Origin: an uncultured Eubacteriales bacterium
GTDB lineage: Bacteria > Bacillota > Clostridia > Oscillospirales > Oscillospiraceae
NCBI GenBank assembly: GCA_949296115.1
Contig: CASFNR010000004.1
Span: 3,097-67,096, forward strand
Reading direction: 5' to 3'
DNA length: 64,000 nt
Below, in pieces: positions 20,898-29,891 of this stretch. Numbering within the stretch: position 1 is the stretch's first letter; every line of letters begins with the position of its first letter. The position numbers and the translations under genes are program-made. The notes below the pieces were generated by a model that saw only the letters and a program-made list of their open reading frames with translations, made no database searches and was not told where the DNA came from.

Positions 20898-21992
20898 ATG
20901 GCTTTTTTTGATGGACTGGACCGGAACTTTGGGTTCGGCTGTATGCGCCTGCCAATGATCGGGGAGAATGTGGACATCGAGCAGACCAAGCAGATGGTTG
21001 ATCTCTTCCTGGAACAGGGATTCCGGTACTTCGATACCGCCCACGGCTATATCAACGGAAAAAGTGAGCTGGCGCTGCGGGAGTGTCTCACATCCCGTTA
21101 TCCCCGGGACCGGTACTTCCTGACTGACAAGCTCTCCGGTTATTTGTTTGAAACCGAAGATCAGATTCGTCCTCTGTTCCAGAAGCAGCTGGATGCCTGC
21201 GGTGTCGACTACTTCGATTTCTATCTGATGCACGCACAAAACAGCAAGAGTTTTCAGAAGTATAAGCAGCTTCATGCCTATGAAATTGCCTTGTCGCTGA
21301 AGGAAGAAGGAAAAATCCGCCATATGGGCATTTCTTTCCATGATACTGCCGAGGTGCTGGATCAGATTCTGACAGAGTACCCCCAGATTGAAGTGGTGCA
21401 GATTCAGTTCAACTACGTCGATTTCGAGGACCCCAATGTCCAATCCCGGAAGTGCTATGAGGTCTGCCGGAAACATGGCAAGCCGGTTATTATCATGGAG
21501 CCGGTCAAAGGCGGTTCCCTGGTGAACCTGCCGGCTGACGCCCAAAAGGTTTTCGACGCTCTGAATGGCGGCTCCAACGCAAGCTATGCGATTCGGTTTG
21601 CCGCCGGATTTGAGGGCGTCATGATGGTTCTTTCCGGCATGAGCACCTTGGAGCAGATGCAGGACAACCTGAGCTTCATGAAAGAATTTCAGCCGCTTTC
21701 CGCCCAGGAGCGGAAAGCCGTGGATGAGGTCGGGAAGATTTTCCGGGAAAAGGTTATCGTCGCCTGCACCGGCTGCCGTTACTGCACCGAAGTGTGTCCC
21801 AACGGAGTGGGCATTCCGGAAATTTTTGCCCGGCTGAATGCCAAACGGCTGCTGAAGCCCATGGAGCTGTATCCCATCAATGGGGAACTTCCCGCCGCCT
21901 GTGTGAAGTGCGGCCAATGTGAGAATATTTGTCCGCAGAATCTGCCCATCCGGGACCTGCTGGAAACCGCCGCAGCCGAATTGGGACTGTAA
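20898..21992 (+). CDS. aldo/keto reductase with C-terminal 2x[4Fe-4S] domain
   Basis: GFGCMRLP, FDTAHGY, MEPVKGG, CTGCRYC..C and CVKCGQC...CP. Confidence 0.92.
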   Translation: MAFFDGLDRNFGFGCMRLPMIGENVDIEQTKQMVDLFLEQGFRYFDTAHGYINGKSELALRECLTSRYPRDRYFLTDKLSGYLFETEDQIRPLFQKQLDACGVDYFDFYLMHAQNSKSFQKYKQLHAYEIALSLKEEGKIRHMGISFHDTAEVLDQILTEYPQIEVVQIQFNYVDFEDPNVQSRKCYEVCRKHGKPVIIMEPVKGGSLVNLPADAQKVFDALNGGSNASYAIRFAAGFEGVMMVLSGMSTLEQMQDNLSFMKEFQPLSAQERKAVDEVGKIFREKVIVACTGCRYCTEVCPNGVGIPEIFARLNAKRLLKPMELYPINGELPAACVKCGQCENICPQNLPIRDLLETAAAELGL

Positions 21993-22011
21993 CACAAGCT
22001 TTTCATATCAA

Positions 22012-22041
22012 TTGCCCCTCCGGTCTTTTCCGGAGGGGCAA
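22012..22041. terminator. terminator between convergent genes
   Basis: TTGCCCCTCCGG-tctttt-CCGGAGGGGCAA. Confidence 0.75.
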
Positions 22042-22058
22042 GTTTGCGTCAGAGCAAG

Positions 22059-23471
22059 TTATACCGTTTCAATCTTAATGGTGTTGGTATTGCCGGACAG
22101 GCCGTTCACCGGGCCGCCGGTAATCACAATATTGTCGCCCGGTTCCAGCCCCAGAATATCGGTGGCAGTCTTTTTGGCATAGTAGAACATCACTTCCATG
22201 CTGGGGAACTGGTCCGCCATCACGGGTGTTACACCCCAGCTCATGGAGAGCCGTCTCCAGATTTTACGGTTGGTGGTCATGCCAAGAATATCCACGGGCG
22301 TGCGGAAACGGCTGACCAGGAGCGCCGTCTTTCCGGAAACGGAGCAGACCACAATTCCCTTGGCATTCACATCCAGCGCCATGGAGCAAACCGCATGAGA
22401 AATGCAGTCCAGATTGTTCTGGCCCGCAAACTCCGTGCCAAGGAACCGCTTCTTGTAGCCGATGTGTTCCTCCGTGTATTCCGCAATCCGGGCCATGGCC
22501 TTCACGGCCTCCACCGGATAGTCGCCGGCAGCGGACTCACCGGAGAGCATAACGCAGGACGTGCCGTCATATACGGCATTGGCAACGTCGGAGATCTCCG
22601 CCCGGGTCGGGCGGGGATTGTGGATCATGGACTCCAGCATCTCAGTTGCAGTAATCACCCGTTTGCCCAGCATCCGGCATTTCCGGGTCAGCTTCTTCTG
22701 AACGGCGGGAACCTCAACGTAAGGAATCTCCACTCCCAGATCGCCGCGGGCAATCATAATGCCGCCGCAGACAGAACAGATTTCCTCCACATTGTCCACA
22801 CCGGAACGGTTTTCGATTTTGGCAATAATCTCAATATCCCCGCCGCCGTTGGCATCCAGCAGCTGCTGAATATCCAGGACATCTTGCTTGCAGGAAACAA
22901 AGGATGCTGCAATAAAGTCAACCCCGTGGCGGATGCCAAACAGAATATCGGCTTTGTCCTGCTCACTGAGATAGGGTCCGGACATCACCTTGTTAGGGAA
23001 AGACATGCTTTTGCGGTTGCTCAGCACACCGCCCACCAGGCATTTGCACCGCACATCATTTCCCGCAATTTCCTGCACTTGGAACTGAACCAGGCCGTTA
23101 TTTACCGTGACCACGTCTCCAGGCTTCAGGTCCTTGTTCAAGTTTTTATAGTTGACGCTTACTTTCGTCTCGTCACCTTCCACCTCATCCGTGGTGAAGG
23201 TAAAATCATTGCCGGCGGAAATTGTTACCTTTCCTTCGGCAAAGGTACGAATTCGGTACTCCGGGCCCTTGGTATCCAGCATGATGGCAATGGGCAGACC
23301 CAGCTTCTGTCGAACCTGGTTGATCAAGGCAATCTTTTTTTCATGTTCCTCATGGGTTCCATGGGAGAAATTCAGGCGCGCTACGTTCATTCCGGCCAGG
23401 CACATCTGAGTCAAGGTCTCTTCATTCTCACTGGCGGGACCGATGGTGCAGATAATTTTTGTTTTGCGCAT
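22059..23471 (-). CDS. pyk: pyruvate kinase
   Basis: RKTKIICTIGP, RLNFSHG, IAKIEN, ARGDLG, PTRAE. Confidence 0.97.
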   Translation of the reverse strand: MRKTKIICTIGPASENEETLTQMCLAGMNVARLNFSHGTHEEHEKKIALINQVRQKLGLPIAIMLDTKGPEYRIRTFAEGKVTISAGNDFTFTTDEVEGDETKVSVNYKNLNKDLKPGDVVTVNNGLVQFQVQEIAGNDVRCKCLVGGVLSNRKSMSFPNKVMSGPYLSEQDKADILFGIRHGVDFIAASFVSCKQDVLDIQQLLDANGGGDIEIIAKIENRSGVDNVEEICSVCGGIMIARGDLGVEIPYVEVPAVQKKLTRKCRMLGKRVITATEMLESMIHNPRPTRAEISDVANAVYDGTSCVMLSGESAAGDYPVEAVKAMARIAEYTEEHIGYKKRFLGTEFAGQNNLDCISHAVCSMALDVNAKGIVVCSVSGKTALLVSRFRTPVDILGMTTNRKIWRRLSMSWGVTPVMADQFPSMEVMFYYAKKTATDILGLEPGDNIVITGGPVNGLSGNTNTIKIETV

Positions 23472-23546
23472 CGCAAAAGCCTCCTGTGTATTCATTGAAT
23501 TCTATTTCGATCCTATCTTATCACAGTGATTTTCCCCCGTCAATTC

Positions 23547-25361
23547 CTAAAAGCACAATTCCACCTTATATTTCCGCAGCCAGACATCCAGCTGCAGGAA
23601 ATACGCCATGGTCTGGGGCCGGCGCATCAGCTGTCCATACCAGGGCCACGGGCTGTCTTTACAAATCATATTCTCTACCGCTTCCTTTCGAACTAGGTGC
23701 CAGATTGGCGCATCCTGAGACAGAAGCGTCTGCATCCGCTCCTGGATCAATTGGCCGTAGCGTGGGTCAAAGGTTTTAGGATACGGACTTTTCTTCCGGT
23801 AAAGCACAGACTCCGGAAGCAATCCTTCTACCGCACATCGCAGAAGTCCCTTTTCCCTGCCCTGATAATCTTTGTATTCCCAGGGCACCCCATACAGATA
23901 CTCCGCAATCCGATAGTCGCAGAAGGGCACCCGGACTTCCAGGCCGTGGTACATGCTCATCCGATCCTTCCGATCCAGGAGGGTCTGCATAAACCACCGG
24001 AAATTCAGGTTCACCATTTCCTTCATCCTGCGCTCCATGGGCGTTGTACCGGGTAGAATGTCGCTTTCCTGGCAGGTTTGCTGGTAGGCATCCATTACGA
24101 GTTCTTCTCCCTGGGTGCCAAGGCGTTCCGGCAGCAGCTGGGCCCGCTGCCAGGTATTCTGTGCCCAGGGAAACCCCACCCGTGCTCGGACCTCCGGGTC
24201 CCGGTACCAGGGATAGCCCCCAAAAATCTCATCGGCGCATTCTCCAGACAGCGCCACCTTTACCGATTTCCGGATTTCTCCGCAGAAGGCCAAAAGAGAA
24301 AAATCCACATCCGCCATTCCGGGCAGGTCCCTTGCAAAGGTGGCCTGCTCCAGTGCATTGACCAGATCCTCCGCTGTCAAAACCGTATCACTGTGCTCCG
24401 TGTGTTCTGCACGGACCATTTCCCGGATATAGGCGCTGTCCGCATCTGGCTGAAATTTATTCGCCTGGAAATATCGGTCATTGTTCTGATAATCCACAGA
24501 GAATGTTTTCAGCTTCTGTCCCTGTTTCCGCATTTCCCGGGCGCAGATGGCCGTGATAATGCTGGAGTCCAGTCCACCGGACAGGAAACACCCGATGGGG
24601 ACATCCGAAATCATTTGCCGGCATACCGCATCCTCCACCAGGAAGCGGACCTGTTCCACCGTCTGTTGGAAACTGTCCCGATGTTCCCGGTCAAGCAGTT
24701 TCCAATACCGGGTGACAGACAGTTTTCCATCCCGGTAGCTTGCCATGCAGCCCGGTTCCAGTTCCATAATATCCTCAAACACACCGGAGCCAGGCAGCCG
24801 CCCCGGACCCAGCATAATCAGCTGAGCTGCCCCTGTGGAAGAAATTCTGGCAGGAAAACCCGGGTAGGACAGAATGGTTTTCATCTCCGAGGCAAACAGC
24901 AGCCCCCCTTGGTAAAGGCTGTAGAACAAAGGCTTTACACCGATTCTGTCCCGGGCAAGAAACAGTTCCCTGCTCCCTGACTCCCAGACCCCAAAAGCAA
25001 AAATACCATTGAATTTTAGGACACAGTCCGCTCCATACTGAGCATAAGCGTGGAGCACTACCTCTGTATCCGAATGACCCTCAAACCGATGTCCTTCCCG
25101 CTCCAGCTCCCGCCGCAGCTGATCGGTGTTGTAAAGTTCTCCGTTGTACACGATGCAGTATTTTTTCCCTCCCCACGTCAGTTCCATAGGCTGCTTTCCG
25201 CCTTCCAGGTCGATCACCGCCAGTCTGCTATGTAAAAATACGGCGCCTTCCAGCTGGACCCAGCGTTCCTGGTCCGGCCCCCTGCGGGCCATGGTTTTCA
25301 GCATTTGCTCTGCGACTCCCGGACTGACCTCCAGTCCAATAATTCCGGAAATGGCACACAT
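23547..25361 (-). CDS. asnB: glutamine-hydrolysing asparagine synthase (AsnB family, AsnO-like)
   Basis: N-terminal MC (Ntn nucleophile), RRGPD, LSGGLDSS, SGECADEIFGGYPW, RKKSPYP. Confidence 0.93.
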   Translation of the reverse strand: MCAISGIIGLEVSPGVAEQMLKTMARRGPDQERWVQLEGAVFLHSRLAVIDLEGGKQPMELTWGGKKYCIVYNGELYNTDQLRRELEREGHRFEGHSDTEVVLHAYAQYGADCVLKFNGIFAFGVWESGSRELFLARDRIGVKPLFYSLYQGGLLFASEMKTILSYPGFPARISSTGAAQLIMLGPGRLPGSGVFEDIMELEPGCMASYRDGKLSVTRYWKLLDREHRDSFQQTVEQVRFLVEDAVCRQMISDVPIGCFLSGGLDSSIITAICAREMRKQGQKLKTFSVDYQNNDRYFQANKFQPDADSAYIREMVRAEHTEHSDTVLTAEDLVNALEQATFARDLPGMADVDFSLLAFCGEIRKSVKVALSGECADEIFGGYPWYRDPEVRARVGFPWAQNTWQRAQLLPERLGTQGEELVMDAYQQTCQESDILPGTTPMERRMKEMVNLNFRWFMQTLLDRKDRMSMYHGLEVRVPFCDYRIAEYLYGVPWEYKDYQGREKGLLRCAVEGLLPESVLYRKKSPYPKTFDPRYGQLIQERMQTLLSQDAPIWHLVRKEAVENMICKDSPWPWYGQLMRRPQTMAYFLQLDVWLRKYKVELCF

Positions 25362-25383
25362 AACAATCACATCTCCTCTCATT

Positions 25384-25423
25384 TCCCATTGTATGTATGC
25401 TTCGTCCCGGGGTGTGCATACTA
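25384..25423. promoter_or_regulatory. overlapping divergent sporulation-sigma promoters, putative
   Basis: + strand GTATG-N17-CATACTA (sigG-like); - strand CACA/CACC...CATACAAT (sigK/sigE-like -10). Confidence 0.5.
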
Positions 25424-25439
25424 TTCACGGTGATGTAAG

Positions 25440-25868
25440 ATGAAAAACGGCAAAGAAATTCTTTCTTCCGTACTGAAAACAACCCAAATGGGACAGGTCG
25501 GAATCCGCAGCGTGCTGGACACCAGCATGCGTCCGGGACTTCGGGAAGCGCTGGAATCTCAGCTGCGGGAGTACGACGCAATTGAAACGGAAGCCCACTC
25601 CATCGCCACGCAGCGGGGCTGGGAGCTGCGGGAGCTGGACCCGGCGATCCGATTTATGTCCGATATGACCACCAGAATGAAACTGGGCGGTCGAAGCAAC
25701 GATTCCAAAATCGCAGACATGATGATTCAGGGAAACACCAAGGGCATGGTGCAAAGCCTGAAAGATCTGCACCGTTTTGATGCCTCCGATGAACAGATTC
25801 AAATCCTGTCTCAGAAGCTCCTGGACTGCGAAACAGCCAATATCAAACAGATGCAGCATTTTCTCTAG
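25440..25868 (+). CDS. hypothetical helical-bundle (ferritin-like) protein, probably spore-associated
   Basis: All-helical 142 aa, QMG..SKIADMMIQGNTKG; sigG-like promoter upstream. Confidence 0.65.
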   Translation: MKNGKEILSSVLKTTQMGQVGIRSVLDTSMRPGLREALESQLREYDAIETEAHSIATQRGWELRELDPAIRFMSDMTTRMKLGGRSNDSKIADMMIQGNTKGMVQSLKDLHRFDASDEQIQILSQKLLDCETANIKQMQHFL

Positions 25869-25887
25869 GGCGGACTGTTGTCCGCCT

Positions 25888-26135
25888 CAGACTGTCGAAA
25901 AACCCCTTTGGGGCTTTCCGACAGGTTTTCGCAGTCTGCTGCGCGCATAATTTGTCCCCCGTCGGGGGACAAATTCCACACTCGCAGCCTGTAAAGTATG
26001 TTCCGCCAGGTACAGAAGGTGAATTGCCCCTCAAGGGCAAGAGAGGCCACCCTGGGGTGCGCCCCGGCGGAACATGGTTTTAGAATTGCTTTACTCCCAA
26101 CGGAGAGAAAAAAACCACACTTTTTTGACATGCTC
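25888..26135. mobile_element. non-autonomous MITE (IS1182-like ends) inserted in a terminator
   Basis: Imperfect TIRs CAGACTGTCGAAAAA / TTTTTTGACATGCTC; exact 20-bp flanking direct repeat GGGCGGACTGTTGTCCGCCT at 25868-25887 and 26136-26155. Confidence 0.75.
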
Positions 26136-26164
26136 GGGCGGACTGTTGTCCGCCTTTTTTATGT

Positions 26165-26192
26165 GCACACTTTTTTCCCGTGCGCATAGGAT
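26165..26192 (+). promoter_or_regulatory. sigK-like promoter of sleC cluster
   Basis: AC-N16-CATAGGAT just upstream of the AAAGGAG RBS. Confidence 0.55.
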
Positions 26193-26220
26193 AACGGAGA
26201 ACAGGAAAGGAGTGATCGCC

Positions 26221-26601
26221 TTGTCAGCGACAGGATACATTCAGGTTCGGGTCTACGCCAGTTCCGCCCAGTTTCCCCTTTCGGATACTGCCATTATCGT
26301 ATCTGCGGCGGATGGAACGGCCATTGCCATGCGCCTGACGGACCGAAGCGGACGCATTACCCCCATCGCCATCCCAGTACCGGATAAATCCGAAAGTCAG
26401 CATCCCGCTCCGGCGGAAATTCCCTTCACAACCGTCACGCTGCTGGCACACCACCAAGGATATGAGCAGGTAGAGGCGCAGCATGTTCAGGTATTTGCCG
26501 GAACAACAACCATCCAAAATCTTGCCCTGATTCCCCTTGCGGAAGTGCCCGGGGACTGGAACGAGACGGAAATATTTGATACGCCGCCTCAGAATTTGTA
26601 G
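26221..26601 (+). CDS. stand-alone SleC N-terminal pre-domain (carboxypeptidase-regulatory-like beta sandwich)
   Basis: TTG start after AAAGGAG; GYIQV..TDRSG..P.PD..S..P..PF..GYE..QVFAG pattern resembles the clostridial SleC pre-sequence. Confidence 0.75.
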   Translation: MSATGYIQVRVYASSAQFPLSDTAIIVSAADGTAIAMRLTDRSGRITPIAIPVPDKSESQHPAPAEIPFTTVTLLAHHQGYEQVEAQHVQVFAGTTTIQNLALIPLAEVPGDWNETEIFDTPPQNL

Positions 26602-26610
26602 GAGGTTCTC

Positions 26611-27837
26611 ATGGCAATTGTAACACCGTACATACCCCAGCGAATTACGGTCCATCTTGGGAAGCCGGATGAGGCCGCCGAGAATGTAACCGTGGATTTT
26701 GTCGACTATGTGAAAAATGTTGCCTGCAGCGAAATCTACCCAACCTGGGAGGAAAGCGCTCTGCGGGCCAACATTCTGGCCATTGTGTCCTTTGCACTGA
26801 ACCGGGTCTATACGGAATTCTATCGCAGCCGGGGGTACCCTTTTGACATCACAAATTCAACTGCGTACGACCAGTTCTTTGTGTATGGACGAAGCTACTT
26901 CACCAATGTGGCGGAACTGGTGGATTCTCTGTTTGACGATTATCTGCGCCGTCCCGGATTCGTAGAACCTTTGGCCGCAAAATTCTGCAACGGCACCACC
27001 GTCACCTGCGACGGTCTGAGTCAGTGGGGCAGCCAGAATCTGGCCGAAGAAGGTTATACCTCCACCCAGATCCTGACCAGCTATTATGGTGATGTGGAAA
27101 TCGTTACCAATGCACCCATCCGCGGCCTGACCTCTTCATATCCGGGCAGGCCCCAGCGCCGGGGATACTCCGGCCCCAGTGTTGTGATCATTCAGGTGGA
27201 ACTGAACCGCATTTCCCAGAATTATCCGGCAATTCCCAAAATTTCCCCGGTGGATGGAATATTTGGTGCGCAGACAGAGGCCGCTGTCAAAAAATTTCAG
27301 GAGGTTTTCGGCCTGACCGTTGACGGAATTGTGGGCAAAGCCACTTGGTACGCCTTGGTACGTTACTATACTGCCGTCACTTCCCTGTCGGAACTGCGCA
27401 GCCAAGGGCAGAAGTTCTACTCCATCGCCTGGGCCAATACCCGTCCCATTCAGCAAGGCGACCGGGGCATTCGGGTGGAGCATCTGCAATATATGCTCAG
27501 CGTGCTGGGAGCGTATATCCCGCAAATTCCGGAAATTGCCGTAGACGGCATTTTCGGCCCTGCAACCCGGAACGCAGTGTTGGCTGTACAGGGATGGCTG
27601 GGTCTGCCACAGACCGGTGTTGTGAACAATCAAACCTGGGAGGAAATCTACGACCAATTCTCAGGAATAGAAACAACCAGCCTCCGAGATCCGGAGAATT
27701 TCCCCTACACCAACGCCGTACTGGGCAATTCCAATCCCAGAACACGTTACTCCAAAACAACAACCATGACCCAATTCCCCGGAACGCCTTTGCGGACCGG
27801 GAATCAGGATGCTGTGCAGCAGGAGGTAATTCGATGA
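26611..27837 (+). CDS. sleC: spore cortex-lytic enzyme SleC (mature-type catalytic domain plus two PG-binding domains)
   Basis: ITVHLG, DYVKNVACSEIYPTW, LNRVYTEFYR, ITNSTAYD, SQWGS; DGIFG..T..AV..FQ repeats. Confidence 0.9.
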   Translation: MAIVTPYIPQRITVHLGKPDEAAENVTVDFVDYVKNVACSEIYPTWEESALRANILAIVSFALNRVYTEFYRSRGYPFDITNSTAYDQFFVYGRSYFTNVAELVDSLFDDYLRRPGFVEPLAAKFCNGTTVTCDGLSQWGSQNLAEEGYTSTQILTSYYGDVEIVTNAPIRGLTSSYPGRPQRRGYSGPSVVIIQVELNRISQNYPAIPKISPVDGIFGAQTEAAVKKFQEVFGLTVDGIVGKATWYALVRYYTAVTSLSELRSQGQKFYSIAWANTRPIQQGDRGIRVEHLQYMLSVLGAYIPQIPEIAVDGIFGPATRNAVLAVQGWLGLPQTGVVNNQTWEEIYDQFSGIETTSLRDPENFPYTNAVLGNSNPRTRYSKTTTMTQFPGTPLRTGNQDAVQQEVIR

Positions 27838-28364
27838 GACCCCCCGAAACATTTCTTGGCCAACCGATTCGCAGTCTGCAGACCATGCTTTGGGTGATTG
27901 CGCAGAACAACGACTCCTATCAATCCGTTATTCCGGACGGAATCTATGGTCCGGAAACCGTGCAGGCTGTCTCTCAGTTTCAGCGTCGCCACGGGCTTCC
28001 CGTCACCGGCATTACAGACCAAGTGACCTGGGAGGCCATTGTCGCCGTCTATGAGCCGGCATACACGGAACAGGCTCCCGCTCAGTCCCTGAACATCCTG
28101 TTGGACGGCGGCCAAGTCATCCGCAAAGGAGAGCGAAATCCAAACCTCTATCTGGTTCAAGGAATTCTTACCGTCCTCTCCGAACGGTACCAGTGCATCG
28201 GAAAGCCTTCCATGAACGGACTTATGGATCAGGTTACGTCTGACTCGTTATCCTCTTTTCAGTTCCTTTGCGGACTCCCCATGACCGGGAATCTGGACCG
28301 CACCACCTGGAAACACCTGGCACTTCAGTATCCAATGGCCGCAAATGTAAATTCGATGCCCTGA
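27834..28364 (+). CDS. protein of tandem peptidoglycan-binding (PG_binding_1) domains
   Basis: ATGA overlap with sleC, AGGAGG RBS; DGIYGPETVQAVSQFQ..GLPVTG..D..TW twice. Confidence 0.85.
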   Translation: MRPPETFLGQPIRSLQTMLWVIAQNNDSYQSVIPDGIYGPETVQAVSQFQRRHGLPVTGITDQVTWEAIVAVYEPAYTEQAPAQSLNILLDGGQVIRKGERNPNLYLVQGILTVLSERYQCIGKPSMNGLMDQVTSDSLSSFQFLCGLPMTGNLDRTTWKHLALQYPMAANVNSMP

Positions 28365-28485
28365 TTCTTCCTTGAAATGTTACAGAATTTAAAATTTTAA
28401 CAGGATAGGATTCCCTCTACTTGATTATTCCCGCACAGACGTGCTATAATAAATAAAAATATGTCCGTTTGCGGAGGAGCCACCC

Positions 28486-29067
28486 ATGTTTATCAAAGAT
28501 TGGAAACGGGAACTGTTTTCCATACCCAACATGCTCAGTTTCTTTCGGCTTGCACTGATCCCGATCTATGCGTACATTTATCTGAATGCAACCCAGCCGC
28601 ACCAGTATTTCATTGCCGGTTCTATTATGGCGGTGTCCTGTCTGACGGACATGATCGACGGAAAAATTGCCCGGCATTTCAACATGATTACCACACTGGG
28701 CAAAATTCTGGACCCCGTTGCCGACAAAATTACGCAGTTTACCCTGACACTCTGTCTGTCCCTGAAATACCCGGTTTTGCTGCCGGTTCTCACCATCTTT
28801 GTGGTGAAGGAAGGGTTTCAGCTGATTGCGGGCATTTTCTTCCTGCGGAAGGGTTGGATGCTCCCGGGTGCGCTGATGACCGGCAAAATTTGTACCACGG
28901 TGCTGTTCATCAGTCTGATTGCTCTGGTTTTGTTCCCCGGAATCGATCCGGCTGCCGTGAATCTGATTGCGTTGGTAGATGGTGTATTTCTGTTCATCTC
29001 CTTTGTCAGCTACATCATGGCATATTTTGGACGGAACAAAAAAATTCAGGACGTGGAAGCAGAATAA
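28486..29067 (+). CDS. CDP-alcohol phosphatidyltransferase (PgsA-like)
   Basis: IPNMLS..R, TDMIDGKIAR....T.LGKILDPVADK. Confidence 0.92.
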   Translation: MFIKDWKRELFSIPNMLSFFRLALIPIYAYIYLNATQPHQYFIAGSIMAVSCLTDMIDGKIARHFNMITTLGKILDPVADKITQFTLTLCLSLKYPVLLPVLTIFVVKEGFQLIAGIFFLRKGWMLPGALMTGKICTTVLFISLIALVLFPGIDPAAVNLIALVDGVFLFISFVSYIMAYFGRNKKIQDVEAE

Positions 29068-29072
29068 CAAGG

Positions 29073-29098
29073 AATCCGCCGGAGATCCCGGCGGATTT
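29073..29098 (+). terminator. terminator after phosphatidyltransferase gene
   Basis: AATCCGCCGG-agatc-CCGGCGGATT. Confidence 0.7.
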
Positions 29099-29116
29099 CA
29101 TATTGTTTTCCACACA

Positions 29117-29256
29117 TGAAAAACAGCGGCCCTTGCAAGGCCGCTGTACTTTCTATGTCCTCTTTCTGCGGGAAGCAGCGTGTCACAGGAGTTACCGTCG
29201 GGTTATCCGCGAATATTTCCACGGCATCGGCTTCCTCATTGCTTCCCGCCTCTGTA
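29117..29256 (-). ncRNA. candidate stand-alone small RNA (~140 nt)
   Basis: Extended -10 TGCTATAAT (29262-29270), stem GCGGGAAGCA...TGCTTCCCGC, terminator ACAGCGGCC-ttgcaag-GGCCGCTGTTTTT. Confidence 0.55.
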
Positions 29257-29374
29257 CTGTTATTATAGCACAGCGGTAGTGCAAATGGTGAAGAAACCTT
29301 GAACTTTCCGGTAAAAATTTGTTTTCATTGCATAAATCCCAATGAAGACACCCTTACCCCATCCTCCCCCGCAA

Positions 29375-29782
29375 TTAAGACGGGTAGGTATTGCTGATCA
29401 GCAGAAGAAGCGGCAGCGCAAGGGTGAAGATACTGATGGCCCAGGCATACATGGCCTTTCTGGAGCAGAACATCAGAAGCAGGCATGCCATTGTCAGGCA
29501 CAGCGGACCCATCACCGCAATTTCCCGGCTGATTGTCTGGGCAAATTCACCGGTCGCCTGCAAATCGATCCCCACCTGTTCCGGAAGGTGCGTGCCGTTG
29601 TACGCTGCCAGTTTCAAAGCGTAGTAAACAACCGGCGCAGCCATAACCGGCTTTCGCAGACGGAACAGCCAAACGCCTATTGTATTGATGATTCGATTTA
29701 TTTTGGAAACCACCGCTTTGACTTTGCCAAAGCCGGTGACTGCTGCGGGCTTTTGTTCCGCAGGAATTCCGGAATTTTCCAT
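29375..29782 (-). CDS. hypothetical membrane protein
   Basis: GGAGGT RBS, 2-3 hydrophobic segments. Confidence 0.7.
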   Translation of the reverse strand: MENSGIPAEQKPAAVTGFGKVKAVVSKINRIINTIGVWLFRLRKPVMAAPVVYYALKLAAYNGTHLPEQVGIDLQATGEFAQTISREIAVMGPLCLTMACLLLMFCSRKAMYAWAISIFTLALPLLLLISNTYPS

Positions 29783-29891
29783 AGTCTACCTCCGGGGTAC
29801 ATTTTTCGCCATTATACCATACAATGGCTATGGTTGCAAGGCAATTTGAAGATCCGAAAGGAGAATTCAAAAAGTCTTAACTTTCCTCTAT

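Noticed and set aside
26074-26220. Longer N-terminus of the SleC pre-domain ORF in the track
   Set aside because: It starts inside the MITE; the RBS supports TTG at 26221
27345-27833. Extended start of the 339-aa ORF overlapping sleC
   Set aside because: The start is better placed at ATG 27834, with AGGAGG and an ATGA overlap
29117-29256. 6S RNA or SRP RNA identity for the sRNA candidate
   Set aside because: No long rod with a central bubble and no SRP helix-8 motif recognisable
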